From: Malacoraja senta
Lineage: Eukaryota
Length of the DNA: 64,000 bases
Reading direction: 5' to 3'
NCBI GenBank assembly: GCA_038087875.1
Contig: CM076000.1
Coordinates: 1,922,001-1,986,000 of the forward strand
The first letter of the stretch is position 1. Every line of letters begins with the position of its first letter. This document shows positions 38,235-52,077 of the stretch, in pieces. The position numbers and the translations under genes were made by a program. Below the pieces are notes generated by a model that worked only from the letters and a program-made list of their open reading frames with translations, made no database searches and had not been told where the DNA came from.

Positions 38235-38420
38235 ACTAGCGATCACCCTGTACACTAGCACTATTCTACACACTAGGGACAATTTACAATTTTTACCGTA
38301 AATTGGTGAAAACCCACGTGGTCACAGGGAGAATGCACAAGGTCGTACAGAAGTACCCGTAGTAAGGATCTAACACTGATCTCTGGCACTGTAAGGCAGC
38401 AACCCCACCGCTGCGCCGCC
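38235..38420 (-). mobile_element. tRNA-derived SINE
   Basis: SINE core and head match. Confidence 0.78.
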
Positions 38421-40589
38421 CCTCTCTTTACAGATATTGTTTTTCCAGCTCCAACACTAGTTTTGTTTCCAACATGCTCATTTTTCTCATTGCTATTGTA
38501 AGTTGGAAGGTAATGTAATAGTTCAACTAAACTGACAAAGTTCTTAGATCATTCTATACAAATAAAACTGCTCCAATTCAAAGGATTTAGAAATGTATTC
38601 TGTTGCTCATATAAGTAAGCCTTCTGCATATTTGTCAGATTCTGGAGTCAATTTATTCCAAGTAAGGGGTATAAATGTTACAAGGTGAGAATGCTTTGAA
38701 TCATGGTTTTATTGTGTCTGTAAAGCATAATTAGAACAGATTGTTTTCAGAAAGGAACTAATGGGCAAGAATGTAATCATCAATTTAGGATTCCCCTTGG
38801 TCGATCTACATTGTGCAACATATCACAAGATTTGAGAAGTTGTAACAGTTCCCTGCTTTCAGGCAACATCACTTTGCACATATCCTCAAGATGTTAGCAC
38901 TTTGCACTTCACACTACCACTAGTATAACACCGTGCATAGACTCAGCAGAAGCAACCGCACAGGATGCTTGCATCGTGTTAATCATGGAGATACACAACA
39001 GGTAGTAAATCTGGTTGCAGCTACCAGTACAAACTCTCACAAATAAGCACTGGCAGCATGAGACTTGAAGAAAGACAAGCAACTGGCACATGCTAAAGTG
39101 CAGGACTATATGCTGAGGGATGCCCCCGAGCTTGATGCAGCCACTGCCAAGGATTTGTGAGGTAGGACCAGTCTAGGGTCCTGCCATCGCTGGACACAGG
39201 AGCCATGTGCAACAGCCTCTCAAATGCTTCACGGATGCCTGAAGGAGGAAACAAGTACTGTTGACACATTGTAAGAAAATATATGAATGCAAATACATAG
39301 ACTGAATGTATTTACTGTATGTTTTACAAATGTATACTTTTAAAATAAAATACCTTGAATAATTGTGTACATGGATAATTGTTGTAAACAATAACCTGTG
39401 ATACCCAAAGCATTTCTCAATGATTATATCAAACTAAATTTGACACTGTGCCTCACGGATTTGGAAAAATCTCCAAAAGATTCAATAAAAGATGGTACAT
39501 GGCCAACAGTGTTAATTCTGTAGTCAAATATTTTCACAAAGGCCACGCTTACATAATTATTTCCTCTTAGTATCATTTCCTGGGGAGGTGGGACATATCC
39601 CACACAAGCTGCCCACAGCATGTTTCACTGAATAATTTATACAGAAGTAGGACTGACTTTGCTTTCTATTCAACTTTCAATGTACACTTGCAGGTAATAT
39701 ATTTCACAAACAAAGGTGTTCTTGCATTGTTTTAGCTGCATTGAATGTTGTAAAACTACTTTGTGACCCATCATTGGTTTAAATTATAAATTCAAATAGA
39801 GCAGGCCATTCTTCAAATTTAAAGAACGCACTTTGATTTAATGCAGTCAGTATAAATTTACACATTTGAGGAACTCATCTTCTCCAAAACCAATCTAATC
39901 CATCAATTTAAACATAATCCCCACCTGCATTGACATGGCCTATTTACCTCAATCCTTGCATAGTTCGTACACATCATTTTGCTCCATAATCATAGTCCAT
40001 AAATTAAGTTGATCATTTGTGGAGATTACATAACAATCTAGTGGAACAAATCAAAGTAACAGCTAGTTCGCTTTGTAGCGTAATATAAAGGAACTGCATA
40101 TGCTGGTTTATATCAAAGAGAGGCACCTTATTTTCATTTTCTTGTATTTTCTGGCAGCTAGTAAATGCTAGTAGCTCAGTGGGTCTGGTAGCATCTCTGG
40201 AGAAAATGTATGATTTTCATTTTCTCCAGAGGTGCTGCCTGACCCGCTATGTTACTCCAGAATTTTGTGTCTCTCCTTGTAGAGTTATTAGTAGCTGCTA
40301 TGAAGTTGTCAAAAAAATACATTTCCATCACTTTTTCGACAAATTATTTTGTTCTCAAGTGCTTCCCGACCCAGCACTCCTTTGGTCATCTGTCATCCAT
40401 GTTTTATTATAATCTCAGCAATGTCTTGACCACAAGTTTGCATCACTGCCCCGTGATGTCTTACATTGTCGATATACATTCTTCACTTGTACCAACGATG
40501 GAATCCTAGTATATTATGGCTCCTAAAAATCTTGATTATTCAATTTAAAAAACACAGTACTCAATAGATAAGGTAATAAAAAACAAAAA

Positions 40590-40900
40590 AAAAAGTTTAA
40601 TAAAGAAAGCCCCCAATATTCATACAAACAAAACAAAAGCCTGAAGTCCCTTGTGCAATCAAGACAGTTTGTGGTTTAAAATTTAGTTGTTGTTTGTAGT
40701 GATCAATAACCTGAGTTTTGCTGGCAAGAAGCTGTTTTTGGATGTCATCGATTTCAGACTCCCACGCCTTCTCCCCAATGACAGGAGTGAAATGTCTTCG
40801 CCAGGCTAACACGGGTCCTTGATGATGCTGGCTGCCTTTTTGATCTATAGCGCACCTTGTATAGTTCCTTTCGACAGTGGGGAGGTCAGTACCCACAATG
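40590..40900 (-). mobile_element. Old Rex1-type LINE 3' remnant
   Basis: GTDLPT / KKAASIIKDP-like coding sequence, similar to 56650-56850. Confidence 0.65.
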
Positions 40901-41289
40901 GAAGAATTTTATATTAGGGGTTTGATATCTTTCAACTTCCTGCACCAAGCCAACAGTCAACCACAATTTTTCTCCTTTTTGTGCAATTTTCCTCTGACCA
41001 AATATTTAAGTCACAATAAATCAAACTGTTCATGATCTCTACGTTCTTACACCCATAAATGCATAGATATGGATCAGGCCTTCAGGAACCAGGTAGTATC
41101 TTAATGTTATGGAAGGAACTGCAGAAACTGGATTAAACCAAAGATAGACACAAAAGCTGGAGAAACTCAGCAGGTCAGACAGCATCTCTGGAGAAATGGA
41201 ATAGTGACGTTCGGGTCGAGACCCTTCTTCAGACTGTGTGTCAGGGGAATGGGAAACGAGAGATATAGACAGTGATGTAGAAAGATATA

Positions 41290-43202
41290 CAGTGCCCTCC
41301 ATTATGATTGGGACAAAGACCCATCATTTATTTATTTGCCTCTGTACTCTACAATTTGAGATTTGTAATAGAAAAAAAATCACATGTGGTTAAACTGCAT
41401 ATTGTCACATTTTATTAAAGGGTATTTTTTATACATTTTGGTTTCACCATGTAGAAATTACAGCAGTGTTTATACGTGGTCCCTCCATTTCACGGCACCA
41501 TAATGTTTGGGACACATGGCTTCACGGGTGTTTGTAATTGATCAGGTGTGTTTAATTGCCTCCTTAATGCAGGTATAAGAGAGCTCTCAGCACCCAGTCT
41601 TTCCTCCAATCTTCCCATCACCTTTGGAAACTTTTATTGCTGTTTATCAACCTGAGGACCAAAGTTGTGCCAATGAAAGTCAAAGAAGCCATTATGAGAC
41701 TGAGAAACAAAAATAGAACTGTTAGAGACATCAGCCAAACCTTCGGCTTACCAAAATCAACTGTTTGGAACATCATTAAGAAGAAAGAGAGCACTGGTGA
41801 GCTTACGAATCGCAATGGGACTGGCAGGCCAAGGAAGACATCCACAGCTGATGACAGAAGAATTCTCTCTATAAATAAAGAAAAATCCCCAAACACGTGT
41901 CAGATCAGAAACAGTCTTCAGGAGTTAGGTGTGGATTTGTCAATAACCACTATCCGCAGAAGACTTCATGAACAGAAATACAGAGGCTACACTGCAAGAT
42001 GCAAACCACTGGTTAGCCGCAAAATTAGGATGGCCATGTTACAGTTTGCCAATAAGTACTTAAAAGAGCAACCACACGTGACTGGGCGAGGGATGGTTAA
42101 GATTATAAATAAGATCTCCTTACTTCTTTTTTCTTTTTCTTCCCTTTTCTTCTTTTATTCTCTTTTTCCTATTTTCTATTCTTTAACTTTCTTCTTTCAC
42201 TTTCTATTTTTCTTTTCCACACACTATATATCTCACATTTTTCTATACCTCATTATCTAATTTATTTTTCTTCTTTATTATAAAAAAATATATAAGAAGC
42301 TGTACATAAAATGTATTATGAAAATATGATTGTATACAATTGTACTTGCTTCTAATAAAATTTAAATATTTTTTTTAAAAAGATGGAAAAAAAAGAGCAA
42401 CCACAGTTCTGGAAAAAGGTCATGTGGACAGATGAGACGAAGATTAACTTATATCAGAGTGATGGCAAGAGCAAAGTATGGAGGAGAGAAGGAACTGCCC
42501 AAGATCCAAAGCATACCACCTCATCTGTGAAACACGGTGGCAGGGGTGTTATGGCCTGGGCATGTATGGCTTCTGAAGGTGGCTCACTTATCTTTATTGA
42601 TGATACAACTGCTGTTGGTGGTAGCATAATGAATTCTGAAGTGTATGGACACATCCTATCTGCTCAAGTTCAAACAAATGCCTCAAAACTCATTGGCTGG
42701 CGGTTGGTTCATTCTACAGCAAGACAATGATCTCAAACATACTGCTAAAGCAACAAAGGAGTTTTTCAAAGCTAAAAAATGGTCAATTCTTGAGTGGCCA
42801 AGTCAATCACCCGATCTGAACCCAATTGAGCATGCCTTTTATATGCTGAAGAGAAAACTGAAGGGGACTAGCCCCCAAAACAAACATAAGCTAAAGATGG
42901 CTGCAATACAGGCCTGGCAGAGCATCACCAGAGAAGACACCCAGCAACTGGTGATGTCCATGAATCGCAGACTTCAAACAGTCATTGAATGCAAAGGATA
43001 TGCAACAAAATACTAAACATGACTACTTTCATTTACATGATATTGTTGTGTCCCAAACATTGTGGTGCCCTGAAATGGGGGGACTGTTGTAATTTCTACA
43101 CAGTGAAATCAAAATGTATAAAAATGGCCTTTATTAAAATCTGACAATGTGCACTTTAACCACATGTGATTTTTTTCTATTACAAATCTCAAATTGTAGC
43201 TG
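41290..43202 (+). mobile_element. Near-full-length Tc1 transposon (DD34E-type), disrupted
   Basis: TA|CAGTGCCCTCC left TIR; HTH, GRPRKTS, WTDETK, QQDND.KHT, SPDLNPIEH. Frameshifts, an L1 insertion, and a right TIR internally deleted but ending CTG|TA. Confidence 0.95.
42077..42389 (+). mobile_element. L1-type 3' UTR fragment inserted in the Tc1 transposase, 15-bp TSD
   Basis: TSD AAAAGAGCAACCACA at 42062-42076 and 42390-42404, at a TT|AAAA site. The CTTCTAATAAAAT end motif is shared with the L1 at 5477. Confidence 0.85.
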
Positions 43203-43344
43203 TAGGACAAATGAATGAAAGATATGCAAAAAAGTATCAATGATAAAGGAAACAAGCCATTGTTAGCTGTGTGCTTGGTAAAAACGAGTACAGACAATTA
43301 GACTTAACGACGACTTTGAAGCTGGTACAACTTGGTTGGGGAAG

Positions 43345-43375
<31 letters not shown>

Positions 43376-44657
43376 GGGATGCAAGGATTACTTGAAGTTA
43401 GAGAAATCAATATTCATACCTCTGGGTTGTAAGCTGCCCAAGCGAAATATGAAATGCTGTTCCCCCAATCTGCATTCGGCCTCACTCTGACAATGGAGGA
43501 GGCGTAGGACAGAAAGGTCATTGTGGGAATGGGAAGGGGAATTAAAGTGTTTGGCATCCGGGAGATCAAGTAGGTCCAGGCGAACTGAGCGAAGGTGTTC
43601 AGTGAAACGATCACCCAGTCTACGTTTGGTCTTGCTGATGTATACGAGTCTACATCTTGAACAACAGATACAGTTGATTAGGTTGGAGAAGGTGCGACCT
43701 AACCTGATATGACTGTCAGGGTTCCTGGACAGAGTCGAGGAAGGAGGTGTAGAGACAGGTGGAAATGGGGTTGTTTGGGTGGGAAGAGATGAGTTAACTG
43801 GGGTACAGTGGAGTGAACGGTCTCTGCAGAAGGAGGAAAGGGGTGGAGATGGGAAGATGTGATTAGTGGTGGTGGCGAAAATGTCGGAGGATTATGTGTT
43901 GTATGAGACAGCTGATGGGATGAAAAGCAAGGACCAGGGGGACTCTGTCCCTGTTGCAACTAGAGGAAGGGGGAACAAGAACAGAGCTGCAGGGTACCGA
44001 GGAGACAGGTATGAGGGCCTCATCTATGACGGAGGAGGGGAACCCTCGTTCACTAAATAATGAGGACGTCTCGGATGTCTTGGTAAGGAACACCTCATCT
44101 TGGGCGCAGATGCCACATAAACGGAGGAATTGGGAGTAGGGGAAAGAGTCTTTGCAGGAAGCAGGGTGGGAAGAAGAGTAGTCTAGATAGTTGTGGGAGT
44201 CACTAGGTTTATAATAGACATCTGTCGATAGTCTAAATCCTGTGTTGGAGACGGCAAGGGGAGGCAGGTGTCGGAGATGATCCAAGTGAATTTGAGTGCA
44301 ACATGGCATTTAGTGGTGAAGTTAATGAAGTCCATGAGTTCTATATGGGTGCAGGAGGTAGCACCGATTCAGTCGTCAATGTAATGGAGATAGAGTTCAG
44401 GGATAGGGCCAGTGTACGCCTAGAACAGGGTTTGTTCGACGTACCCTACAAAGAGGAAGGCATAGCTGGGGCGCACGCGAGTGCCCATAGCCATGCCTTT
44501 GATTTGGAGGAAGTTGGAGGAGTCAAAGGAGAAGTTGTTCAGAGTGAGGACCAGCTCCGGTAGGTGGAGGAGAAGTTAGTAGAGGGAAATTGGCTGGTTC
44601 TGCGGTTGAGGAAAAAAAGGGGGGCTTGAAGGCCTTCCTGATAGGGGGTAGAGGTGT

Positions 44658-46507
44658 AGAAACATAGAAACATAGAAAATAGGTGCAGGAGTAGGCCATT
44701 CGGCCCTTCAAGCCTGCAGCGCCATTCAATATGATCATGGCTGATCATCCAACTCAGTATCCTGTACCAGCCTTCTCTCCATACCCCAGATCCCTTTAGC
44801 CACAAGGGCCACATCTAACTCCCTCTTAAAGATAGCCAATGAACTGGCCTCAACTACCTTCTGTGGCAGAGAATTCCAGAGATTCACCACTCTCGGTGTG
44901 AAAAATGTTTTCCTCATCTCGGTCCTAAAAGATTTCCCCCTTATCCTTAAACTGTGACCCCTTGTTCTGGACTTCCCCAACATCGGGAACAATCTTCCTG
45001 CATCTAGCCTGTCCAACCCTGTAAGAATTTTGTACGTTTCTATAAGATCCCCCCTCAATCTTCTAAATTCCAGTGAGTACAAGCCGAGTCTATCCAGTCT
45101 TTCTTCATATGAAAGTCCTGACATCCCAGGAACCAGTCTGGTGAACCTTCTCTGTACTCCCTCTATGGCAAGAATGTCTTTCCTCAGATTAGGAGAACAA
45201 AACTGTAGGCAATACTCCAGGTGTGGTCTCACCAAGACCCTGTACAACTGCAGTAAAACCTCCCTGCTCCTATACTCAAATCCTTTTGCTATGAATGCTA
45301 ACATACCATTCGCTTTCTTCACTGCCTGCTGCACCTGCATGCCTACTTTCAATGACTGGTGTACCATGACACCCAGGTCTCGTTGCATCTCCCCTTTTCC
45401 TAATCGGCCACCATGCAGATAATAGTCTACTTTCCTGTTTTTTCCACCAAAGTGGATAACCTCACATTTATCCACATTATACTGCATCTGCCATGCATTT
45501 GCCCACTCACCCAGCCTATCCAAGTCATCTTGCAGCCTCCTAGCATCCTCCTCACAGCTAACACTGCCCCCCAGCTTCGTGTCATCTGCAAACTTGGAGA
45601 TGTTGCATACAATTCCTTCGTCCAAATCATTAATATATATTGTAAATAGCTGGGGTCCCAGCACTGAGCCTTACGGTACCCCACTAGTCACTGCCTGCCA
45701 TTCTGAAAAGGACCCGTTTACTCCTCCTCTTTGCTTCCTATCTGCCAGCCAGTTCTCTATCCACATCAATACTGAACCCCCAATCCCTTGTGCTTTAAGT
45801 TTGTATACTAATCTCTTATGTGGGACCTTGTGGAAAGCCTTCTGAAAGTCCAGATATAACACATCCACTGGTTCTCCCTTATCGACTCTACTAGTTACAT
45901 CCTCGAAAAATTCTATAAGGTTCGTCAGACATGATTTACCTTTCATAAATCCATGCTGACTTTGTCCAATTATTTCACCACTTTCCAAAAGTGCTGCTAT
46001 CCCATCTTTAATAACTGACTCTAGCAGTTTCCCCACTACCGATGTTAGACTAACTGGTCTGTAATTCCCCGTTTTCTCTCCCTCCCTTTTTTAAAAGTGG
46101 GGTTACATTAGCTACCCTCCAATCCTCAGGAACTACTCCAGAATCTAAAGAGTTTTGAAAAATTATCACCAATGCATCAACTATTTCTGGGGCTACTTCC
46201 TTAAGTACTCTGGGATGCAGCCTACCTGGCCCTGGGGATTTATCGGCCTTTAATCCATTCAATTTACCTAACACCACTTCCCGGCTAACCTGGATTTCAC
46301 TCAGTTCCTCCATCTCATTTGACCCCCAGTCCCCTGCTATTTCCGGCAGATTATTTATGTCTTCCTTAGTGATGACAGAACCAAAGTAGTTATTCAATTG
46401 GTCTGCCATGTCCTTGTTCCCCATGATCAATTCACGTGTTTCTGACTGCAAGGGACCTACATTTGTTTTAACTAATCTTTTTCTCTTCACATATCTATAA
46501 AAACGTT
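44658..46507 (-). mobile_element. Young 5'-truncated CR1 LINE (RT region)
   Basis: ORFs 46050..46601, 45671..46036 and 44735..45664: QHGF..KSCLTNL, YLDFQKAF, SKFADDTKL, RPHLEYC. (TTTCTATG)n tail. Confidence 0.95.
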
Positions 46508-47584
46508 TGAGTGACCGAACATCCATAATAAAGATGAGGGAGTGGGGGCTCAGAAAGCAGAAGTCATTAAAGAGATGAAGGGCGTGAGGTATCTTGTACA
46601 TAGGTTAGGAGGGATTGGACTGGGGGATAGGATGGGGTCAAGGTACATGGAAACGTTCAATGGGACAAGAGCAGGCAGAAACAATGGATCTGCCAGGGCA
46701 GTTGTGTTTATGGGTCTTGGGGAGATAATGTGTTTGTCCGAATAGTCTGGAATTCCATCCCTAATGCTGTCCATTCCTACTTCCTCCTCTAAAAACCTGA
46801 GCTCAAAGATAAACATCCACTGACAATATTTACCGAGCTGAATCTACATGAGAATTGTGGCGTGAAGAAAGGAGCTTTATTTGGCTACCCAATTCTCATA
46901 CAACATTTACCATTGAACACAATGGAACAAAAAGAGCAAACATATGATAACACAATTAGACTTCTTGGTTACTATAACAAATTTACTGGTGCTTAACTTA
47001 CCAATCTCCCACTGGCATAGCTCTAGGGGTCACTGAGACACACAAGCTCCCCGACCACGACAAGGTTGCAATCCAATGGGGAGAAGTTTATTCAATAGTT
47101 AACAAAGAATGGACAGTTTAATCACGTTCTTCCTCACATACCTTGAGAAGCCTCAAGCGTTTTACTTTTTAAATTATCTCAAATCGCATCCCTCAATACC
47201 ACTGTCAGTTCTGCAATCCATCAACTTTTCTCCCAAGCGTTATGCTCCTTAAAATAGCTCTCACCACAAAAATCTTCAGCTTCATTACATTACTGAGTAG
47301 CTTTAAAATTAATACTAATAATTAAAAAATATTTATCTCAGTAATATGCTTTCGTAAAATGCTAGTGACAAAATAATTTAGAATATTTTTTAGCTTTAGA
47401 ATAGGGGATGAAATACTGATACACTGAGATGTGATTATGTGCTTTATCTAAATAGTCAACATTTATATAATGTAATCGGACGGACTACATGAAGTAACAT
47501 ACAAAATGAACTTACAAACTGAATCTAAGCTTCAGGTCATATTATTTATTTATTTTTTAAATACAGATCACAGATGTCACTGAA

Positions 47585-47805
47585 AGACACAAAATACTGG
47601 AGCAACTCAGCGAGTCAAACAACTTCCCTGCAGAACATGGATAGGTGACGTTTGAGTCGGAACCTTTCTTTGGACCTTCTGAAGAAGGGTCTCGACCCAA
47701 AACGTCACCTAGCCATGTTCTCCAAGGATGCTGCCTGACCTGCCGAGTTACTCCAGCATTTTGTGTCTTTCATTGGTAAACTAGCATCTGCAGTTCTTTG
47801 TTTCT
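47585..47805. repeat. Head-to-head inverted pair of Penelope terminal repeats
   Basis: AAAGACACAAAATACTGGAGCAACTC... / ...GAGTTACTCCAGCATTTTGTGTCTTT flank back-to-back ribozyme-like cores. Confidence 0.8.
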
Positions 47806-49909
47806 ACAGGGATGTCACTGCAAGGTCAATATTTATTGCCCTTTCCTAAATGCCCCTGAAAAATGATCTGGACGTTATCTTTTTAAATCATTGCAGTCCC
47901 CATGGTGAAGGTAGTGCCATGACATTGTTAGGTGGGCAGTTCCATACCTCTCAGCACCTTCACAGATCTGCTACATTCAAGATAGACAAAAAATGTTGAA
48001 GAAATTTAGCGTCAGGCTGCATCTCGAGAAAATTGATAGGTGACTTTTTGGGGCTGCTATGTTCATCTATTTTTTATTTTTTTTAAGTATAGAAATACAA
48101 TATTAACACAGACATACAAACAATGTCGAAGATTTTCGTGTGAATTTAATATAAATGTGTCTCTCTTCTTTCCAGACAAGTACTTTATCCCCTTATGGAA
48201 ATCCCAAATGGTCATCACTGGCTGCCTTTTACAGTATCTATCAATTCTCATATATTTCACCTTTTATATCTAACAGTTCTAGCAACTGTGACTTGTATCA
48301 CATTTAGACATGACTAAAACTACAGGAATGTCTGTGGTCACTTAAGCTTGTAGACTGCAAATATGGTCTATTCTCAGCACAAATGATTATAAAATGAAGT
48401 ATGTTTCTTTAGGCAGACATTTATACTCTCATAGGATATTTTATGTAAAGCACACGTTTTAACAACATCTGTTATTTTGAATAAGGCGCACTTCATAGTA
48501 AAAGCCTTTTTTGTAAAAATAGCACAACTCCCAATCATTGCTTCTCACCATCACTTGCTATCAAAGACAAAAAACATTAAAAAGAGCTTAATACGTTTAT
48601 ATTTTACAAGAAAGCCATTCATCTCTTTGGTCAAGAAATCGAGAGGACATTTTCTCATTGATTATTTCTCCGCTTGAAATATCGAATTGTCCATTAAAAT
48701 CAATCTATACTTTTGACAAAGTATTTCAAGCCCCAACAATCTACAAAGAACATATTTATCTTCCTTGGTGATAATTATAATATGACAACTCTTCACAGGA
48801 AATGGCCTTTCCCCCAAACTCATCACAACACTTTGTAATTCTGAAAACCCAAAGTGGATGATTTCTTCATTACTCTTGCATTTTGTGTTGTTTTATATAA
48901 TACTTGAAATTCTACAAGCCTTTTTTTAATACTCCATGTCACCCATGTGTTATCTTGGCTCAATGGCAGTACTCTTAGCTGAGTCAATGTTATGGATTTT
49001 TTCCAAGGAGACACCACATTAAGGTTTTGTCCACTCCCAGGATGATCCAAAGAATCTTATGGCATTATTCAGGGATTATGGGAAACTGTCATTCATTCTG
49101 ACGAACATTTATCCCTCAATCAATAACAAGAAAACCAAATATTTAATCATTCATCGCATTCTTGTTTGCTAGATCTTTTTTCATGCATTTGTTCTGCTTG
49201 ATTGATTAACTTATTACAGTACTTTCACTTCAAATTTATTTCCTTGGACATTAAGAGCTGTAAATGTGCTGTAAATGCTTTCTAAAAGTTAACACAACTC
49301 TTGTATCCTGATGCTCTAGTGTACACTAAAAGTGGGAAGAAACAATGAAAACATTCTAGTAGCCAAATCAATTTAACAGTAAATGTTGTTTCTCATCCAG
49401 GATGTATTATTGAAAATTTGCATCAATATAAGCCCACATAAGCAATTGGACTCACGGACAAAATGCAATTTGGATGAGTGGGTTGTTGCATCAACAGCGA
49501 TTGTTTTTTTTTACCAATTCTGCTTTGTTCAACTACGCATGCCAATTTTCCACATCCATATCTGTTTAATTTCCTAATCCTCATTTCACTTCCAATTTTA
49601 AAGTCATGCAAGTTTAATCTACACTCTCTGATCTTGGGTATGTTATCTATTTTAAATGTTAAATTTTATACCTTATGTTATTCAAGTTTAACTGAAATGC
49701 TATTGAACAAATTCCATCAATTTACTTAAGATCATTCCTTAAGTAATTTGAGAATCATTCTTTCAAGGTTACACACCCACTCCTAGTCTATTGTAGCTAA
49801 TTTGCAGAGTATTTTGGAAAGTATTCAATCTACCTTGCCTCTCCTCTTTAGCCTAGGGAACCATTTTTAGTCAGCATTCTGCAGTATATTAACAAGGGTT
49901 CAACTACTC

Positions 49910-50345
49910 TTAACACCCAGGAACCAAGGAGATTATGCAAAGTGGTCACAGGTACCAACCTCTCCGAGTGATCGATAAGAGATGCTGCCTCAAAATAACA
50001 GCCAGCAAAGACCCACGCCACCCTGGCAATGCTCTTATCTCACTCCTGTCATCAGGAAGTAGTTATAGAAGTCTGAAAATGATGACCTCCAGGTTCAGAA
50101 ACAGCTTCTTCCAAACAACCATTAGGTTCTTGAACACCACAAACACCAACTAAACTATGTATTACGAACTGTCTTGGTTACACTAAGGATTTATTTGCAC
50201 TAATATTGGGGTTTCTTAAATGCATTGAACTTTTAATTTGTTTATTATGTTACCTACGAGTACTGCGTTTACAGACCTGTTATCCTGCTGCAAGTAAGAA
50301 TGTCATTGTTGCCTTTTGTGTACATATGACAAATAGCACTCTTAA
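49910..50345 (+). mobile_element. Old Rex1-type LINE 3' remnant
   Basis: ORF 49935..50153 has KDPRHPG..LLSSGSSYRSLK..RFRNSFF. Confidence 0.75.
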
Positions 50346-50529
50346 AATCTTAGGTTGCACTTGTTCAAAGTGAGAAATCCAAGTCATTGTCAATTTGTTT
50401 ACAAATAGTGTATCAGAAAATGGGCCTTGATATCCACAAAGTGAAGATCAACCTCCAACTAGAATTGAAGGCCTTTTTGTAGATCTACATTAAACCTACT
50501 TACCCACATTAGGCGTGTAGGATATCCCA

Positions 50530-50823
50530 TGACACAAAAAGCTGGAGTAACTCAGCGGGCCAGGCAGCATCCCTGGAGAAAAGGAATAGGTGATGTTTCA
50601 GGACGAGGCCCTTCTTCAGACTGAGAGCCAGGGGAGAGGGAAACGAGAAATATAGAAGGTACATTGAACAAATAAATGAAAGATATGCAAAAAGCAACGA
50701 TGATCAAGGAAAAGTGGAGCCCACGATGATCCATTGTCGGCTGTGGGGAAGGTGATGACGAGTGATACAAATAGTGAAACACAACAGGACAACTGTGAAA
50801 CTAGTACAACGACTAGGGTGGGG
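50530..50823 (-). mobile_element. Penelope terminal repeat, split by Rex1; resumes at 57748-57820
   Basis: Matches 41105-41289 and 43205-43440; sequence continues after the Rex1 tail. Confidence 0.75.
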
Positions 50824-52077
50824 CAGCTGCGGGAGCTGCCGACTGCGAGCGATCCCTCGATCGCTGGAGAATACCTGACCCGGCTGAGGATCACGGATAC
50901 TGTACCTGGAAACACCCGGGAGACCTCCGGAGCCGACGGGCAGGATCTCCTAGCAGCAACGGAGCTGGTGCTGCCGACTGTAAGGGAATCCCCGTCCCAC
51001 TGTGGGCTCGCAGAAACAGCAGGTACAAAAAGTACAATACGTGGAAACAACGGGGAGGCCTCCATAGTGTCCAGAAACATGGTCGTCGGGCAGGACCTCA
51101 GGTCAGACTTCAACCCCTTCTCCCTACCAACCTACTAGCCAACGTACAATCCCTTGCTGAGGGAATGCTCAGTGTTTTGTTTCACAGAGACATGGCTCCC
51201 CCCCAGCTCCCCAGACTCAGCAGTCCGACCTGAAGATTTCTCCATCCATCGCATGGACCATACACTGGCTTCTGGGAAAGGGAGAGGGCGTCTGCCTCAT
51301 GGTCGACTCTGCGTGGTGCTCTGCGTGGTGCGAACTCCTGCTCTCCGCACCTCGAACATCTGACGGTGAAGTGCCGCCCCTTCTACCTGCCGAGGGAATT
51401 CACCTCCATCATCCTGACCGCGGTCTACATCCCACCCCAGGCAGATGTCCATCTCGCACTAGGGGAGCTGTACACCATGGTCAACAAGCAATAGACGGCT
51501 TACCCCGAGGCGTTTACCACCATAGCCGTGGACTTCAACAAAGCCAACCTGAAGAAATCACTCCCCAACTTCCACCAACATGTCTCCTGCAGCACCAGAG
51601 AATCAAACACCCTCGACCACTGCTGCACGCCCATCGCTCTATCCCTCGCCCTCACTTCGGAAAATCCGACCATTCAGCGGTGCTGCTTCTCTCTGCCTAC
51701 AGGCAGCAACTGAAGAAAGCACCCCCAGAGGTGAGGACTGTACAGAGCTGGTCGGGGGAGGCAGAGGAACAACTCCAGGACTGCTTGGAGTCTGTAGACT
51801 GGGCAATGTTCAAGGACTCGGCAACGGACCTGAATGAATACGCCACAGTGATTACAGACTTCATAAGGAAATGTGTGGGGGACTGCGTTCCAACAAAAAC
51901 CTTCCGTGTGTTTCCTAACCAGAAGCCTTGGATGAACCATGAGATCCGCATTCTTCTGCAGACCAGATCCCGGGCATTCAGGTCTGGCGATGCAGACGTC
52001 TATAAGAAGTCCAGATACGACCTTGGTAAGGCCATCAAAAAGGCCAAAAGGGACTTCTGCTCCAAGCTGGAGTATGA

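Larger units (their letters stand above)
41105..46800 (-). mobile_element. Decayed Penelope-like element (RT, GIY-YIG, terminal repeat) interrupted by Tc1 and CR1
   Basis: Minus strand has GMAMGTR (~44480), HYIDD (~44375), TDVYYKPSDSHNYLDYSSSHP (ORF 43863..44309), the endonuclease region at ~43400-43650 and the terminal repeat at 41105-41289 continuing at 43205. Confidence 0.82.
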
